From: Candidatus Eiseniibacteriota bacterium
GTDB lineage: Bacteria > Eisenbacteria > RBG-16-71-46
Reading direction: 5' to 3'
DNA: 64,000 bases
NCBI GenBank assembly: GCA_041483195.1
Contig: JBGPFC010000012.1
Location: 33,364-97,363, forward strand
The notes under the pieces were generated by a model. The model saw nothing but the letters and a program-made list of their open reading frames with translations, did no database searches and had not been told where the DNA came from. Both the position numbers and the translations under genes were made by a program. Below, piece after piece: positions 47,609 through 57,725 of this stretch (position 1 is its first letter; the number at the start of each line of letters is the position of its first letter).

Positions 47609-50416
47609 GTGAGGTCCACCATCCGCCGCATCGCCACATTCCTCGCCCTCGTCGCGCTGATCGCCGGACTCGCCGCGGTCCCGCGCCGGCTCGGCTCGCG
47701 CGCCGCGATCGCGCCCGACTTCGTCCACTTCGAGAGCGCGCACATTCATCCCGCGGTGCTGACCCCGAACGGGGATCGCCTGCTGGTGGTGAACACGCCC
47801 GACAACCGGCTGAGCGTGTTCGACGTGACCGGCGCGCGCCCGGTGCGGATCGCGGAGATCGAGGTGGGGATGGAGCCGGTGTCGGTGGCGTGCCGCAGCG
47901 ACAGCGAGGCGTGGGTGGTGAACACGCTCTCCGACGACGTGAGCGTGGTGAACCTGAACACACTGCACGCGCGGGCGACGCTGCGGGTGGGGGACGAGCC
48001 GGGGGACGTGGTGTTCGCGAACGGGCTGGCCTACGTGAGCGTCTCGCAGTACGACCAGGTGCGGGTGTACGACCCGGCGAGCCTCACGCGGGTGGCGACG
48101 ATCGCGATCGAGGCGCGGATGCCGCGGGCGCTGGCGGTGAACGGGAACGGGACGCGGGTGTACGCGGCGGGCTTGTTCGCGGGCAATCGCACCACGGTGC
48201 TTCCGGAATCCGTCGTCGGCAACGCGCTGCCGCCCCCCAATCCGCCGATGGTGTTCGGACTGCCGCCGGCGCCCGGGGTCGGCCTGATCGTGAAGCAGCT
48301 CGCGAACGGCGACTGGGTGGATGAGACCGGCCGCGCCTGGAACGCGCACGTGCCCTACTCGGTGCTGGACGCGGACGTGAGCGAGATCAACACCGCGACC
48401 AACACGGTGAGCCGCACCTTCGGCGACATCGGCACGGTGAACTTCGCGCTGGCGGTGGAGCCGGTCGGCGGCACGGTGGCGGCGACCGCGACCGAGGCGC
48501 GCAACTTCACGCGCTTCGCACCCAACGTGCGCGGCCACCTGGTGGACACGCGTGCGGCGTTCATCACGCCCGGCGGGAGCGTCACCGTCGCCAATCTCAA
48601 CCCGTACGTGGACTACACCGTGACGCCGGGGCCGGCCGGCCCGCGCAACTCGGCGATCGGCATTCCCACCGGGATCGCGTGGTATCGCGGCGGGAGCCGG
48701 GTGCTCGTGACCTCGCTCGCGAGCCACCGCATCGTCGCGCTCGACCCGGCCCTGCCGGGGCGATCGGTCGCGCGCGCGGCCACCGTGGCGGGCCCGACCG
48801 GGGTGGTCGCCGACGACGCGCGCGGGCGCGTCTACGTGGTGGGCCGCTTCCACAACCAGCTCCAGACGCTCGACGCCGGCGACCTTCATCAGCTCGGACT
48901 CACCGGCATCGGTTTCGATCCCACCCCGGACGCGATCGTGAACGGCCGCAAGTTCTTCTACGGCGGGTTCACATCGGGGCACGGCGATCAGGCGTGCGCG
49001 ACCTGTCACGTGTTCGGCGACTTCGACGATCTCGCGTGGGATCTCGGCAATCCGGAGGGCACGCTGCAGCCGGTCGATCTCACCGGCCAGGGCAATCCGC
49101 TGCTCCAGAGCGCGGTCCATCCCATGAAGGGCCCGATGGTGACGCAGAGCCTGCGCGGTCTGCCGAATACCGGCCAGCTCCACTGGCGCGCCGATCGCGC
49201 GAACCTCGACGCGTTCGACGAGGCGTTCGTGAGCCTGCTGGGCCGCGCGAGCCCGCTGCCCGACAGCGAGATGGCCGCGCTCGACGACTTCGTGCTGGCG
49301 CTGGTGCATCCGCCCAACCCGAATCTCTACCTCGACCGCACGCTGCCGGGGGATCCGGTACCGTCGGACGTGCCGAGCGCGAAGCGCGGGCTGCAGTTCT
49401 TCATGAACGTCGCCGTCGATCAGTTCATTCCATGCGCCGGTTGTCACCGCGTCACGGGCGGCGCGCCGGGGACGAACGAGCAGATCATCGATCGCTTCGT
49501 GCTGCAGGCGGCGCAGGACCTCAAGGTGCCGCAGCTGCGAAATCTCTACCGCAAGACCGGCTTCGTGCGCCGGCCCGGCGCGCGCAGCAAGCGCGGCTTC
49601 GGCTTCACGCACAACGGATCGGTGGACGACCTCTTCGACTTCCTTCAGTTTCCGGGCTTCCGTTTCCCGCCGAACCCCGATCCGATCCGTCGCGATCTCG
49701 AGCAGTTCCTGCTCGACTTCGACACCGGCATGGCGCCCGCGGTCGGGGCGCAGGTCACGTTCACCGGCGCCAACGATGACGACCCCGCGACGGTCGCCCG
49801 GCTCGACACGCTGATCTCGCAGGCCCAGGCGGGCGGCTGCGAGGTGATCGCGAAGGGCCGCGTGAACGGCGAGCCGCGCGGATGGCTCTACGCGGGCGCG
49901 GGCAGATGGCGGCCCGATCGCCGGGCCGAGAGCGACACCACGACCGCCTTGCTGCGCGCGCTCGGCGGACCGGGCAGCGAGATCACCATGACGGGCGTGC
50001 CGTTCGGGAGCGGAGCGCGCATGGCCATCGATCGCGACCGCGATGGCTGGCGCGATGGCGACGAGCTCGCGGCCGGCAGCGATCCGGGCGATCCCGCCTC
50101 GACGCCCGCGAGCGCGACCCCGGTCCTTCCGCCCGAGGGCCTCACGCTGCGGAGCATCCGGCCCAATCCATTCCGCGATGCGGTCGAGGTGGCGTTCAAC
50201 CTCGGCCTCGCGAGCCGCGTGGACCTCGCGGTGTACGACATCATGGGGCGCGAGGTCACGGTGGTCGCGCGCGGCGCGTCACTCGGCGCCGGTCCGCAGA
50301 GCCTCGGCTGGGATGGCCGCGACGCGAGAGGGCGCTCGATGGGTGCGGGGGTTTACTTCCTGCGGCTCCGCACCGGCATCGGCGGCGTGACCCGGGCGGT
50401 GGTGCGGGTGAGATGA
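47609..50416 (+). CDS. Secreted beta-propeller + di-heme cytochrome c protein with FlgD/T9SS-like CTD (paralog 2)
   Basis: Collinear with 40787..43603 (FVHFES, NGRKFFYGGFTS.HGDQACATCH, KGPMVTQSLRG); second heme CAGCH. Confidence 0.82.
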   Translation: MRSTIRRIATFLALVALIAGLAAVPRRLGSRAAIAPDFVHFESAHIHPAVLTPNGDRLLVVNTPDNRLSVFDVTGARPVRIAEIEVGMEPVSVACRSDSEAWVVNTLSDDVSVVNLNTLHARATLRVGDEPGDVVFANGLAYVSVSQYDQVRVYDPASLTRVATIAIEARMPRALAVNGNGTRVYAAGLFAGNRTTVLPESVVGNALPPPNPPMVFGLPPAPGVGLIVKQLANGDWVDETGRAWNAHVPYSVLDADVSEINTATNTVSRTFGDIGTVNFALAVEPVGGTVAATATEARNFTRFAPNVRGHLVDTRAAFITPGGSVTVANLNPYVDYTVTPGPAGPRNSAIGIPTGIAWYRGGSRVLVTSLASHRIVALDPALPGRSVARAATVAGPTGVVADDARGRVYVVGRFHNQLQTLDAGDLHQLGLTGIGFDPTPDAIVNGRKFFYGGFTSGHGDQACATCHVFGDFDDLAWDLGNPEGTLQPVDLTGQGNPLLQSAVHPMKGPMVTQSLRGLPNTGQLHWRADRANLDAFDEAFVSLLGRASPLPDSEMAALDDFVLALVHPPNPNLYLDRTLPGDPVPSDVPSAKRGLQFFMNVAVDQFIPCAGCHRVTGGAPGTNEQIIDRFVLQAAQDLKVPQLRNLYRKTGFVRRPGARSKRGFGFTHNGSVDDLFDFLQFPGFRFPPNPDPIRRDLEQFLLDFDTGMAPAVGAQVTFTGANDDDPATVARLDTLISQAQAGGCEVIAKGRVNGEPRGWLYAGAGRWRPDRRAESDTTTALLRALGGPGSEITMTGVPFGSGARMAIDRDRDGWRDGDELAAGSDPGDPASTPASATPVLPPEGLTLRSIRPNPFRDAVEVAFNLGLASRVDLAVYDIMGREVTVVARGASLGAGPQSLGWDGRDARGRSMGAGVYFLRLRTGIGGVTRAVVRVR

Positions 50417-50471
50417 TCGAGGTCGCACCGTGACGATCGGTATGCATGAACTCCTTGCCCATGGTGGTGAT

Positions 50472-50490
50472 TGTGTATAACCTATACACA
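50472..50490. promoter_or_regulatory. AT-rich 8-3-8 inverted repeat, putative operator
   Basis: TGTGTATA-acc-TATACACA. Confidence 0.6.
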
Positions 50491-50684
50491 CTTTCAAAGC
50501 TGATCCATGGCTGTAGGCCTCTTTCTGCTCCAGAATTGTGGATTTTGGAGGTCGCGTGCCACGCAAGCCCCCGAATCGCTCCAACTCAGGTACCGCGAAG
50601 GTCGCGCCGAGCACCGCACGGGGCCCACCCGTTCTCCGATGGTCCGGTCACTCATCACCGATTCCCTCAACACGGAGAACTGCC

Positions 50685-52487
50685 ATGCGCGTGCGCAATT
50701 TCGTTCCCGTGAAGATGCAGATCAGAATTCGACGCGGCTCGCTGCTCCTGTCGGTCGCAGGTCTCGTCGTTGCCATGCTCGCATGGCCGCGCACCGGCGC
50801 GGCACAGTGCGGCGGAACCTGCGCGGGCTGTTGCAACGTCTATCTGCCCAACTGCACGATTCCGGGCGTCATCGTCGGAAGTCCCAGCGGCCAGGCGCGC
50901 CCCTATACCGTGACGCTGCGCAATTCGCAGCACAACCCGCCATCCAACGTCACGGCACTCTGGCTCGGATACACCTCGGAATTCTCCTGCCAGAACTACA
51001 GCACCCCGCGACCCTACACGTCTCACGGGGGCATCAAGCTCGACTGCACCCATCCAAGCTGCGGAATCATCGACTGGCCATACAACGAGATCAGTCAGAG
51101 CTCGGGCACGGGCACCTTCTACGCCCAGTTCGGAGGCAGCAAGACGCAGCAGCTGGGCCTCGCGGTTCAGGTCGGCCTCAGTTGCGGCCCCGGATACATC
51201 GACCTCGAGTGCCCCGAGGCGCGCAGCACCGATTTCGACGCCGACGGCGATACCGACCAGGACGACAAGGTCTACATCGGCCAGGAGATCGCATCCGGCA
51301 GCCCGCACCGCTGGTGCAACCTGGACACCGACGACGCCTCGAACACCGTGATCGACGCCTCAGACTACATGGTGATCGTGAACGAGATGCTCAGGGCCGC
51401 GCTGGACACGCTCTGCACGTGCCCCGACAACCCGGGCGATGAAGATCCGGATTGCGCGCCGGGTCCGACCCGCGCCGCCGACAATTCGCCGCCGGACACC
51501 ACCACGCTCGGCATCGCGTCGACGGATGGCGGATGCGTGACGCTGCGCTGGAAGTCGCCGGGCGACGACTACGTCAGCTCGCAGAAGCTGGGCGTCCCGA
51601 AGGAATTCGATCTTCGCTATTCGTCCAGCACCATCACGTCGTCGAATTTCAACAGTGCGACGCGCTACACGGCGACGCCCACCCCCGGCATCGTGGGCGC
51701 GACCCACACGGTCACGGTGGATGCGAGCGCGCTCGGCGCCCGCTACTGGGCGATCAAGACCAAGGACTGGGCCGGCAACCTGTCTTCGATGAGCGCGGTG
51801 CTGGACGCGAACCCGCCGTCGGCCACGGTATCGGATCTCGCGGTGTGCGCGACCTACAAGAACTGCATCCTGGTCGGCTGGACCTCGCCTAACGCGCTCA
51901 ACGTCGAGGTGCGGTACGCGACATCGGCGATCACGAACTGCAGCTACAGCTCGGCCAACTCCGCGGGCACGATGTCGGCAGACCCCGGGCACCTGCAGCA
52001 GCTCTACATCAGCGGGCTCACCCAGGGGCACACCTACTACTTCGCGGTCAAGTCACAGGACCCCAACTACAACTGGTCCGCGATCAGCAACGATCCGTCG
52101 GGCACGACGCCCACCTACGGCTCGAGCTGCAACTACAATCTCTTGTGCAGCGGGGACGGCTTCCGCGCGAAGCCGGCGCCCTCCGAGCCGGTGGCCGATC
52201 TGCGGTACGACCTGTCGCGACCCGTGCCGAATCCGGCCGGCGATCGGAGTCTGATCGGCTATTCGATTCCGGCCGGTCTCATGGGCGAGACGCTCGACCT
52301 CGCGATCTTCGATGTCGCAGGTCGCCGCATCACGACCCTCGCGCACGGAACGGCGCAACCGGGCCGCTTCGAAGCGCAATGGGACCTGCGCGGAGAAGGC
52401 GGACAGCGGGCGCGGCCGGGCATGTTCTTCGTCCGGCTGCGGGTGGGAGCGTCGCAACTGAACCGCACCATCGTGGTCGGGCAGTAG
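50685..52487 (+). CDS. Secreted Cys-rich protein with EF-hand/dockerin-like loops, two FN3-like domains and FlgD/T9SS-like CTD
   Basis: GGAG RBS; QCGGTCAGCC; DFDADGDTDQDD; LRWKSPGDD..FDLRYS; YYFAVKSQD; PNPAGD..IFDVAGR..PGMFFVRL. Confidence 0.75.
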   Translation: MRVRNFVPVKMQIRIRRGSLLLSVAGLVVAMLAWPRTGAAQCGGTCAGCCNVYLPNCTIPGVIVGSPSGQARPYTVTLRNSQHNPPSNVTALWLGYTSEFSCQNYSTPRPYTSHGGIKLDCTHPSCGIIDWPYNEISQSSGTGTFYAQFGGSKTQQLGLAVQVGLSCGPGYIDLECPEARSTDFDADGDTDQDDKVYIGQEIASGSPHRWCNLDTDDASNTVIDASDYMVIVNEMLRAALDTLCTCPDNPGDEDPDCAPGPTRAADNSPPDTTTLGIASTDGGCVTLRWKSPGDDYVSSQKLGVPKEFDLRYSSSTITSSNFNSATRYTATPTPGIVGATHTVTVDASALGARYWAIKTKDWAGNLSSMSAVLDANPPSATVSDLAVCATYKNCILVGWTSPNALNVEVRYATSAITNCSYSSANSAGTMSADPGHLQQLYISGLTQGHTYYFAVKSQDPNYNWSAISNDPSGTTPTYGSSCNYNLLCSGDGFRAKPAPSEPVADLRYDLSRPVPNPAGDRSLIGYSIPAGLMGETLDLAIFDVAGRRITTLAHGTAQPGRFEAQWDLRGEGGQRARPGMFFVRLRVGASQLNRTIVVGQ

Positions 52488-52736
52488 CGCGAAGACATTC
52501 CGTGGCGCGGGGCGGAGTTCGCTCCGCGCCACGAACGCGCCGGCCGCGGCCCCGAAGGGTCGCCGTCGGACGAGGTTCGGCGCGCGGGATCGTGCGATCC
52601 GCTGTGCCCCACGGCGCGCGAGGGACTGGTCGCATGCGCGTCGCCCCCGCGGGTCACCTCGTGGACCAGTGCAATCGAGGGGCCTCGGGTGTAGAAGCAA
52701 CAGCACGGGGCCAAATACTCATCGGGGGTTCGATTC

Positions 52737-53321
52737 ATGCGGGCGCTGCGCATCCTGGCGTTGATCTGGCTCACGTCCTGGTTGCTTCCGATCGAGAGCG
52801 CGAGCGCCGAACCGCATTACTCGGGGACTCTCCATGCCGGGTACGCCCTGACTCGTGGAAACGGCCTGGGAATGAGCGGGAGGGCGGGTGTGGCCCGCGC
52901 CATCGACCCTCATTGGTCGGTCGGCGCAGAGGCCGCTTACTCCGTACTCCCCGCCTTGAATGACGAGGGCTACATCGACGTCGTTGTTCCCCGGTTCGAC
53001 GGCGCTGGCGGCACCTTCCTTGTCGCGAGGAGCGCAAGCGGGCTCGTGGAACTCCGCGACTCGAATTCACTCGCGCGTCCCTACATCGTCGGCACGGCCG
53101 GCTACTGCGAGCTCACGATCAGAACCCGCTTCAATTCCTCTCGGGTTGCGGAGGATGTCGCGCGCGAGCGACACGCCGAATTCAGCCTCGGCGCCGGCGT
53201 CTCGGGTCCCGGCCACGTGATGCCCGGCTTTCAGCTTCGCTGGAGTCACCTGTCGGGGATGGATCGGAGCGACATCGCATCCGATGCCCTCTCGTTCGAA
53301 TTCGGCCTGCACTTCGAGTGA
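52737..53321 (+). CDS. Small outer membrane beta-barrel protein
   Basis: Signal ASA-E; RPYIVGTAGY, FSLGAGV; C-terminal FEFGLHFE. Confidence 0.65.
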   Translation: MRALRILALIWLTSWLLPIESASAEPHYSGTLHAGYALTRGNGLGMSGRAGVARAIDPHWSVGAEAAYSVLPALNDEGYIDVVVPRFDGAGGTFLVARSASGLVELRDSNSLARPYIVGTAGYCELTIRTRFNSSRVAEDVARERHAEFSLGAGVSGPGHVMPGFQLRWSHLSGMDRSDIASDALSFEFGLHFE

Positions 53322-53417
53322 GCGAACGCATTCTCCCGACTCGAACCAACCCCCGATGATTCTTGCGCACGCCCAGCACGCGCCCCGCTCGGGCCGCTGT
53401 GCTAACGTGATTCTCCC

Positions 53418-55790
53418 ATGACCGCCCCCGTGCAACGCCCTGCCTCCGAGCCCGCGGCCCCCCCGGTGTCCGCGGCCCATCTGCCGCTGATCGCCGACGG
53501 CGAGGGCTGTCTCGAGATCCTCTCGGATCGCCTGCGCGCGAGCCCGGGCGTGGTCGCGATCGAGGCCGACTTCGGCGACAGCACGCTCACGGTGCGCTAT
53601 CAGCCCGCGCTGGTCGCGCCCGACGACCTGAACGCGCTCGCCGAAGAAGTCGGCGCGCTGTTCGCGCAGCGCGTCACCTATTGCGAGCGGCGCGAGTCGC
53701 CCGGCGCGTGCGACGAGTGCGCGATGCGTCTCGGCCGCGTGCCCGCCGCCGATGCCTCCGATTTCCGCGTGACCGCCGACCGCGGTCGCATCGGCCTCTC
53801 GCGCCGCCAGGTGCCGCCCGACAGCGCGGAGCTCAAGCGCCCGCTGGCGGGCAGCAAGCCCTGGGGCGCGCGCATGAGCGCGGCCCAGGAGGAGCACTTC
53901 GCGAAGGGCATCATGATGGCGGTGCTGACCGGCGCGTGCCTCGCGCTGCTCGCGCTCGGCATGATCCTCGAGCGCTCGCCGGCGCCGGTCGCGTGGCACC
54001 ACGCGGCGTTCATCCTCTCGGGCATCGCCGGCGGGTGGTTCGCGGTGCGCTCGACCGCGGTCGCGCTCGCGCGATTCCGCTTCGACGTGAACCTGCTCAT
54101 GATCCTCGCGGCGGTCGGCGCGGGCGTGATCGGCTACGTGTTCGAGGCCGCGGTGCTGATGTTCCTGTTCTCGCTCAGCAACACGCTCGAGGTGTACACC
54201 ATGGGGCGCACGCGGCGCGCGCTGCACGCGCTGCTCAAGCTCCGGCCGGCGCGCGCGCTGGTGGTGCGCGGCGGGCGCGAGATCGAGGTCGAGGCCGAGT
54301 CCGTGCTGGTGGGGGAGCGCGTGATCGTGAAGCCCGGCGAGGCGATCCCGGTCGACGGGCTGGTGCTGTCCGGCGAATCGCTGGTGGACCAGAGCAGCCT
54401 CACCGGCGAATCCGTCCCGGTGCCGAAGGGGGTAGGCGACAAGGTGTTCGCGGGAACGCTCAACCAGCAGGGCGCGATCGACGTTCGCACCACGCGCGCC
54501 GCCGGCGACACCACGCTCGCGCGCATCGTCCAGCTGGTGCAGGAGGCGCAGGAGCAGAAGTCCCGGACCGAGGAGATCGCAGAGTGGGCCGGCCGCTACT
54601 ACACCGTGGTGGTCATGATCGCCGCCGGGCTCATGATCGTCGTGCCGCCCTTCCTGCTCCACCACGCGTTCGCGCCGTCGTTCTACCGCGCGATGACGCT
54701 GCTGGTGGTCGCCTCGCCATGCGCGCTCGTGATCGCGACCCCCGCGACCATTCTGTCCGCGATCGCGAGCGCGGCGCGGCACGGCGTGCTGTTCAAGGGC
54801 GGACGCTTCATCGAGGCGCTGGGTCGGGTCAGGGTGATCGCGTTCGACAAGACCGGCACGCTCACGCGCGGCCGCTTCGAGGTGACCGACGTCGTCGCGC
54901 TCGATGGCGCGACGGAGGCCGACGTGCTCGGCTGGGCGGCGAGCGCCGAAAAGCGCTCGCAGCATCCGCTCGCTCAGGCCGTCGTGCGCGCGGCCGAGTC
55001 GCGGGGCGTGAGCTTCGTCCCGGCGACGCAGCTCACGTCGCATCTGGGCAAGGGGCTGGTCGCGCAGCAGGGCGGCGCCTCGATCGAGGTCGGCACCGCC
55101 GAGCTGTTCGCGAGCCTCGGGCTCGAGGTGCCGCGCGCCGCGCTCGATCACCTGGAGCGCTTCACCCGCGAGGCGCGCACCGCGATGCTCGTCCACCGCG
55201 CGGGCCGGTGGGGCGTGATCGCCGCCGCCGACGAGCTGCGGCCGATCGCGGCCGACACCGTCGCCGCGCTGAGGAAGGGCGGGATCACCGTGATCGCGGT
55301 CATCTCGGGCGACAATCCCCGCACCGTCGAGGCGATCGCGCGCCGCACGGCTGTCGACGAATTCCACGGAGCGCTGCTTCCCGAAGACAAGGTCACCGTG
55401 ATCGCGCAGCTCGAGGCGAAGTATGGCGGCGTCGCGATGGTGGGCGACGGCGTCAACGACGCGCCGGCGCTGGCGCGCGCATCGGTCGGCATCGCGATGG
55501 GCGGCATCGGGAGCGACGCCGCGATGGAGAGCGCCGACGTGGTGCTGATGGCGGACGATCTCACCGCGCTGCCGTTCGCGGTGAAGCTGTGCCGACAGGC
55601 GCGGCGGGTCGTGATTCAGAACGTCGCGATCGCCTCGGGGGTGATGTTGCTGCTGGTCTGCTGGGTGTTCCTCGGGCAGCACACGCCGCTCGGCGCGCTG
55701 CGGCTCCCGGTCGCGGTCTCGGGACACGAGGGCAGCACGGTGGTCGTGATCCTGAACGGCCTGCGGCTGCTCGCGCACCGCCGCGCGTAG
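53418..55790 (+). CDS. Heavy-metal P1B-type ATPase (P1B-4-like, SPC motif)
   Basis: [34 protein letters not shown]. Confidence 0.93.
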   Translation: MTAPVQRPASEPAAPPVSAAHLPLIADGEGCLEILSDRLRASPGVVAIEADFGDSTLTVRYQPALVAPDDLNALAEEVGALFAQRVTYCERRESPGACDECAMRLGRVPAADASDFRVTADRGRIGLSRRQVPPDSAELKRPLAGSKPWGARMSAAQEEHFAKGIMMAVLTGACLALLALGMILERSPAPVAWHHAAFILSGIAGGWFAVRSTAVALARFRFDVNLLMILAAVGAGVIGYVFEAAVLMFLFSLSNTLEVYTMGRTRRALHALLKLRPARALVVRGGREIEVEAESVLVGERVIVKPGEAIPVDGLVLSGESLVDQSSLTGESVPVPKGVGDKVFAGTLNQQGAIDVRTTRAAGDTTLARIVQLVQEAQEQKSRTEEIAEWAGRYYTVVVMIAAGLMIVVPPFLLHHAFAPSFYRAMTLLVVASPCALVIATPATILSAIASAARHGVLFKGGRFIEALGRVRVIAFDKTGTLTRGRFEVTDVVALDGATEADVLGWAASAEKRSQHPLAQAVVRAAESRGVSFVPATQLTSHLGKGLVAQQGGASIEVGTAELFASLGLEVPRAALDHLERFTREARTAMLVHRAGRWGVIAAADELRPIAADTVAALRKGGITVIAVISGDNPRTVEAIARRTAVDEFHGALLPEDKVTVIAQLEAKYGGVAMVGDGVNDAPALARASVGIAMGGIGSDAAMESADVVLMADDLTALPFAVKLCRQARRVVIQNVAIASGVMLLLVCWVFLGQHTPLGALRLPVAVSGHEGSTVVVILNGLRLLAHRRA

Positions 55791-56161
55791 CGGCTCGCGG
55801 CGGCTTCGATCGCCGCCCGGCTCGACGAGCCCGCCATCACGCCCAGGATCACGCGCCGCACGCGCGGACGCGGGCTGTCGCACGTCGCTCCGCCGAGGAG
55901 CAGCGCCATGCGATAGAGCTGCGAGGTCTGCCTCACCATGCGCACGATCACCGCGGCCCCCCCGCGAGCGGCCGCGGCGGCGGCGAGGGCCGGCAGCTTC
56001 GCGCCGACGATCGCGCCCGCCCGCAGCGCCGCGGCGCCGGGGCCGCGCTCGAGAAACGTCCGCGCGCGCGGCGCAGCTCCGGCGAACGCCGCGACCTCGC
56101 CCGCGAGCAGCGCCACCGCGAGCGCCGCCACCCGCCACCTGACTCCGCCTGCCATTTGCAT
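55616..56161 (-). CDS. Possible hypothetical exported protein
   Basis: GGGAGG RBS, signal-like N-terminus and ECF-like promoter upstream, but the 3' end overlaps the ATPase antisense by 175 nt. Confidence 0.3.
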   Translation of the reverse strand: MQMAGGVRWRVAALAVALLAGEVAAFAGAAPRARTFLERGPGAAALRAGAIVGAKLPALAAAAAARGGAAVIVRMVRQTSQLYRMALLLGGATCDSPRPRVRRVILGVMAGSSSRAAIEAAASRYARRCASSRRPFRITTTVLPSCPETATGSRSAPSGVCCPRNTQQTSSNITPEAIATF

Positions 56162-56216
56162 GAAAGACCTCCCGTCCTCCGCCACGATGGCGACTGCCTG
56201 CGATGGTTGCCGTGAT

Positions 56217-56244
56217 TGGACGGAACCGGGAGGCGAATGGTTGC
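56217..56244 (-). promoter_or_regulatory. ECF-sigma-like promoter
   Basis: Minus strand GCAACC-N16-CGTCCA. Confidence 0.4.
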
Positions 56245-56397
56245 GCGGGGCTCGTGAAAGGGTCGCGCGGCGCGGGAGACTTGTCGCGGCGTGAACATGC
56301 GGGAACCGGGGCCGGCGCGCCGGTGGCCGTGAAGGCGCCGCTGGTCGCATGGTGGATCGCGGCGGCGCGACGCGTGCTGTCCCCGCGCCCCATCGCG

Positions 56398-57603
56398 TCA
56401 GCTCAGCGCGACGCCGACTTCCTCCAGGCACTTCTCGATCAGCTCGAACGTGCGGTCGATGTCGTTGTCGAGCCCGACCGAGAATCGCACCAATCCTTCC
56501 GAGAGACCCATCGCGCGCCGCGCCTCGGGCGGAATCTCGGACGACGTGCTGTGGCCGGGGGCGCTGAAGAGCGTCTTGAAGTAGCCGAGGCTCACCGCGA
56601 GGTACCCAACCTTCGCCTCCTGCATGCGTTCCATCAGGCGGTTCGCGTTCTCGAGCGTGCCGGCGTCGAGCGTCATCATCCCGCCGTAGCCGTACCCCGG
56701 ATTCATGATGCGGGTCATCAGCACGTGCTGCGGATGGCTCGCGAGCCCGGGGTAGTGCACCTCGAGCCCGCGCTCGGCGAGCCGCAGCGCGAGGGCGTGC
56801 GCGTTCGCGCCGTGCTGGCGCATGCGAATGTGCAAGCTGTGCAGGTTCTTGAGGATGCTCGCCGCGCGAAAGCTGTCGAGCACCGGGCCCAGCAGCATGC
56901 TCGGGCCGCTGTTGATGTCGTTCAGCTTCGCGATGAAGTCGTGAGTCGAGACCACGCAGCCCGCCACGCAGTCGCTGGTGCCGTTGACGAACTTCGTCAT
57001 GCTGTGCACGACGACGTCCGCGCCCATGCGCAGCGGGGACAGCAGCATCGGGCTGAAGGTGTTGTCCACCACCATCGTCGCGCCGTGTTCGTGCGCGAGC
57101 GTCGCGAGCGCCGGCAGGTCGCTCACTTCGAGCATCGGATTGCTGATCGACTCGCAGAACAGCACGCGGGTGCGGGAGTTGAACGCCGCGCGCACCGCGG
57201 CCGGATCGGTGATGTCCACGAACCGCGTGGTGATCCCGAAGCGCGGCAGCAGGTTCTTGAGCAGGGCGTACGAGCCGCCGTAGATCGTCCGCCCCGAGAC
57301 GATCTCGTCGCCGGCCGAACACAACTGGAGCAGGGCGGTGGCGATCGCGGCCATTCCGGAGGCCATGACCTGCGCCGACTCGCCATCCTCCATGCGGGCC
57401 AGCGCGTCGGAGAGGAACTTGTTGGTCGGATTCCAGTGGCGCGAGTAGAGGAAGCAGCCCTCGATCTCGTGTGTGAAGGACTCCTGCATCCTCGCCGGGC
57501 TCAGGAAGGTGAAGGTGGACGAGTCGGTGATGGAGGGGTTGACGTCCCCGAATTCACCGAACACCAGGAAGTCCTGGAGGCGGGTCGCGGGATCGAAGCT
57601 CAT
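56398..57603 (-). CDS. PLP-dependent Cys/Met metabolism enzyme, probable methionine gamma-lyase
   Basis: FGEFGDVNPSI, YSRHWNPT, SGMAAI, VDNTF, HSMTKF (PLP Lys), VRFSVG; GGGGAGGAG RBS. Confidence 0.88.
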   Translation of the reverse strand: MSFDPATRLQDFLVFGEFGDVNPSITDSSTFTFLSPARMQESFTHEIEGCFLYSRHWNPTNKFLSDALARMEDGESAQVMASGMAAIATALLQLCSAGDEIVSGRTIYGGSYALLKNLLPRFGITTRFVDITDPAAVRAAFNSRTRVLFCESISNPMLEVSDLPALATLAHEHGATMVVDNTFSPMLLSPLRMGADVVVHSMTKFVNGTSDCVAGCVVSTHDFIAKLNDINSGPSMLLGPVLDSFRAASILKNLHSLHIRMRQHGANAHALALRLAERGLEVHYPGLASHPQHVLMTRIMNPGYGYGGMMTLDAGTLENANRLMERMQEAKVGYLAVSLGYFKTLFSAPGHSTSSEIPPEARRAMGLSEGLVRFSVGLDNDIDRTFELIEKCLEEVGVALS

Positions 57604-57725
57604 GGCGGACTCCTCCCCGGCGCGGCGCCGGGTTGCGGGCGTTCGGGGGTCCGCTCGCGAGCATAGCCGAGCCGCGCGCGCGGGCGCCACCTCGGCCCTC
57701 TCGCCCGCCGCCTCGCGGCGCCGCG

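Noticed and set aside
40787..50416. True hydrazine synthase / anammox or nitrite reductase NirS
   Set aside because: No HZS alpha subunit or hydrazine dehydrogenase here; domain order and CTD differ from NirS. Only the architecture is similar.
56245..56397. Possible structured RNA/riboswitch (GTGAAAG loops)
   Set aside because: I could not match SRP, c-di-GMP, SAM or cobalamin consensus by eye; an Rfam scan is needed.
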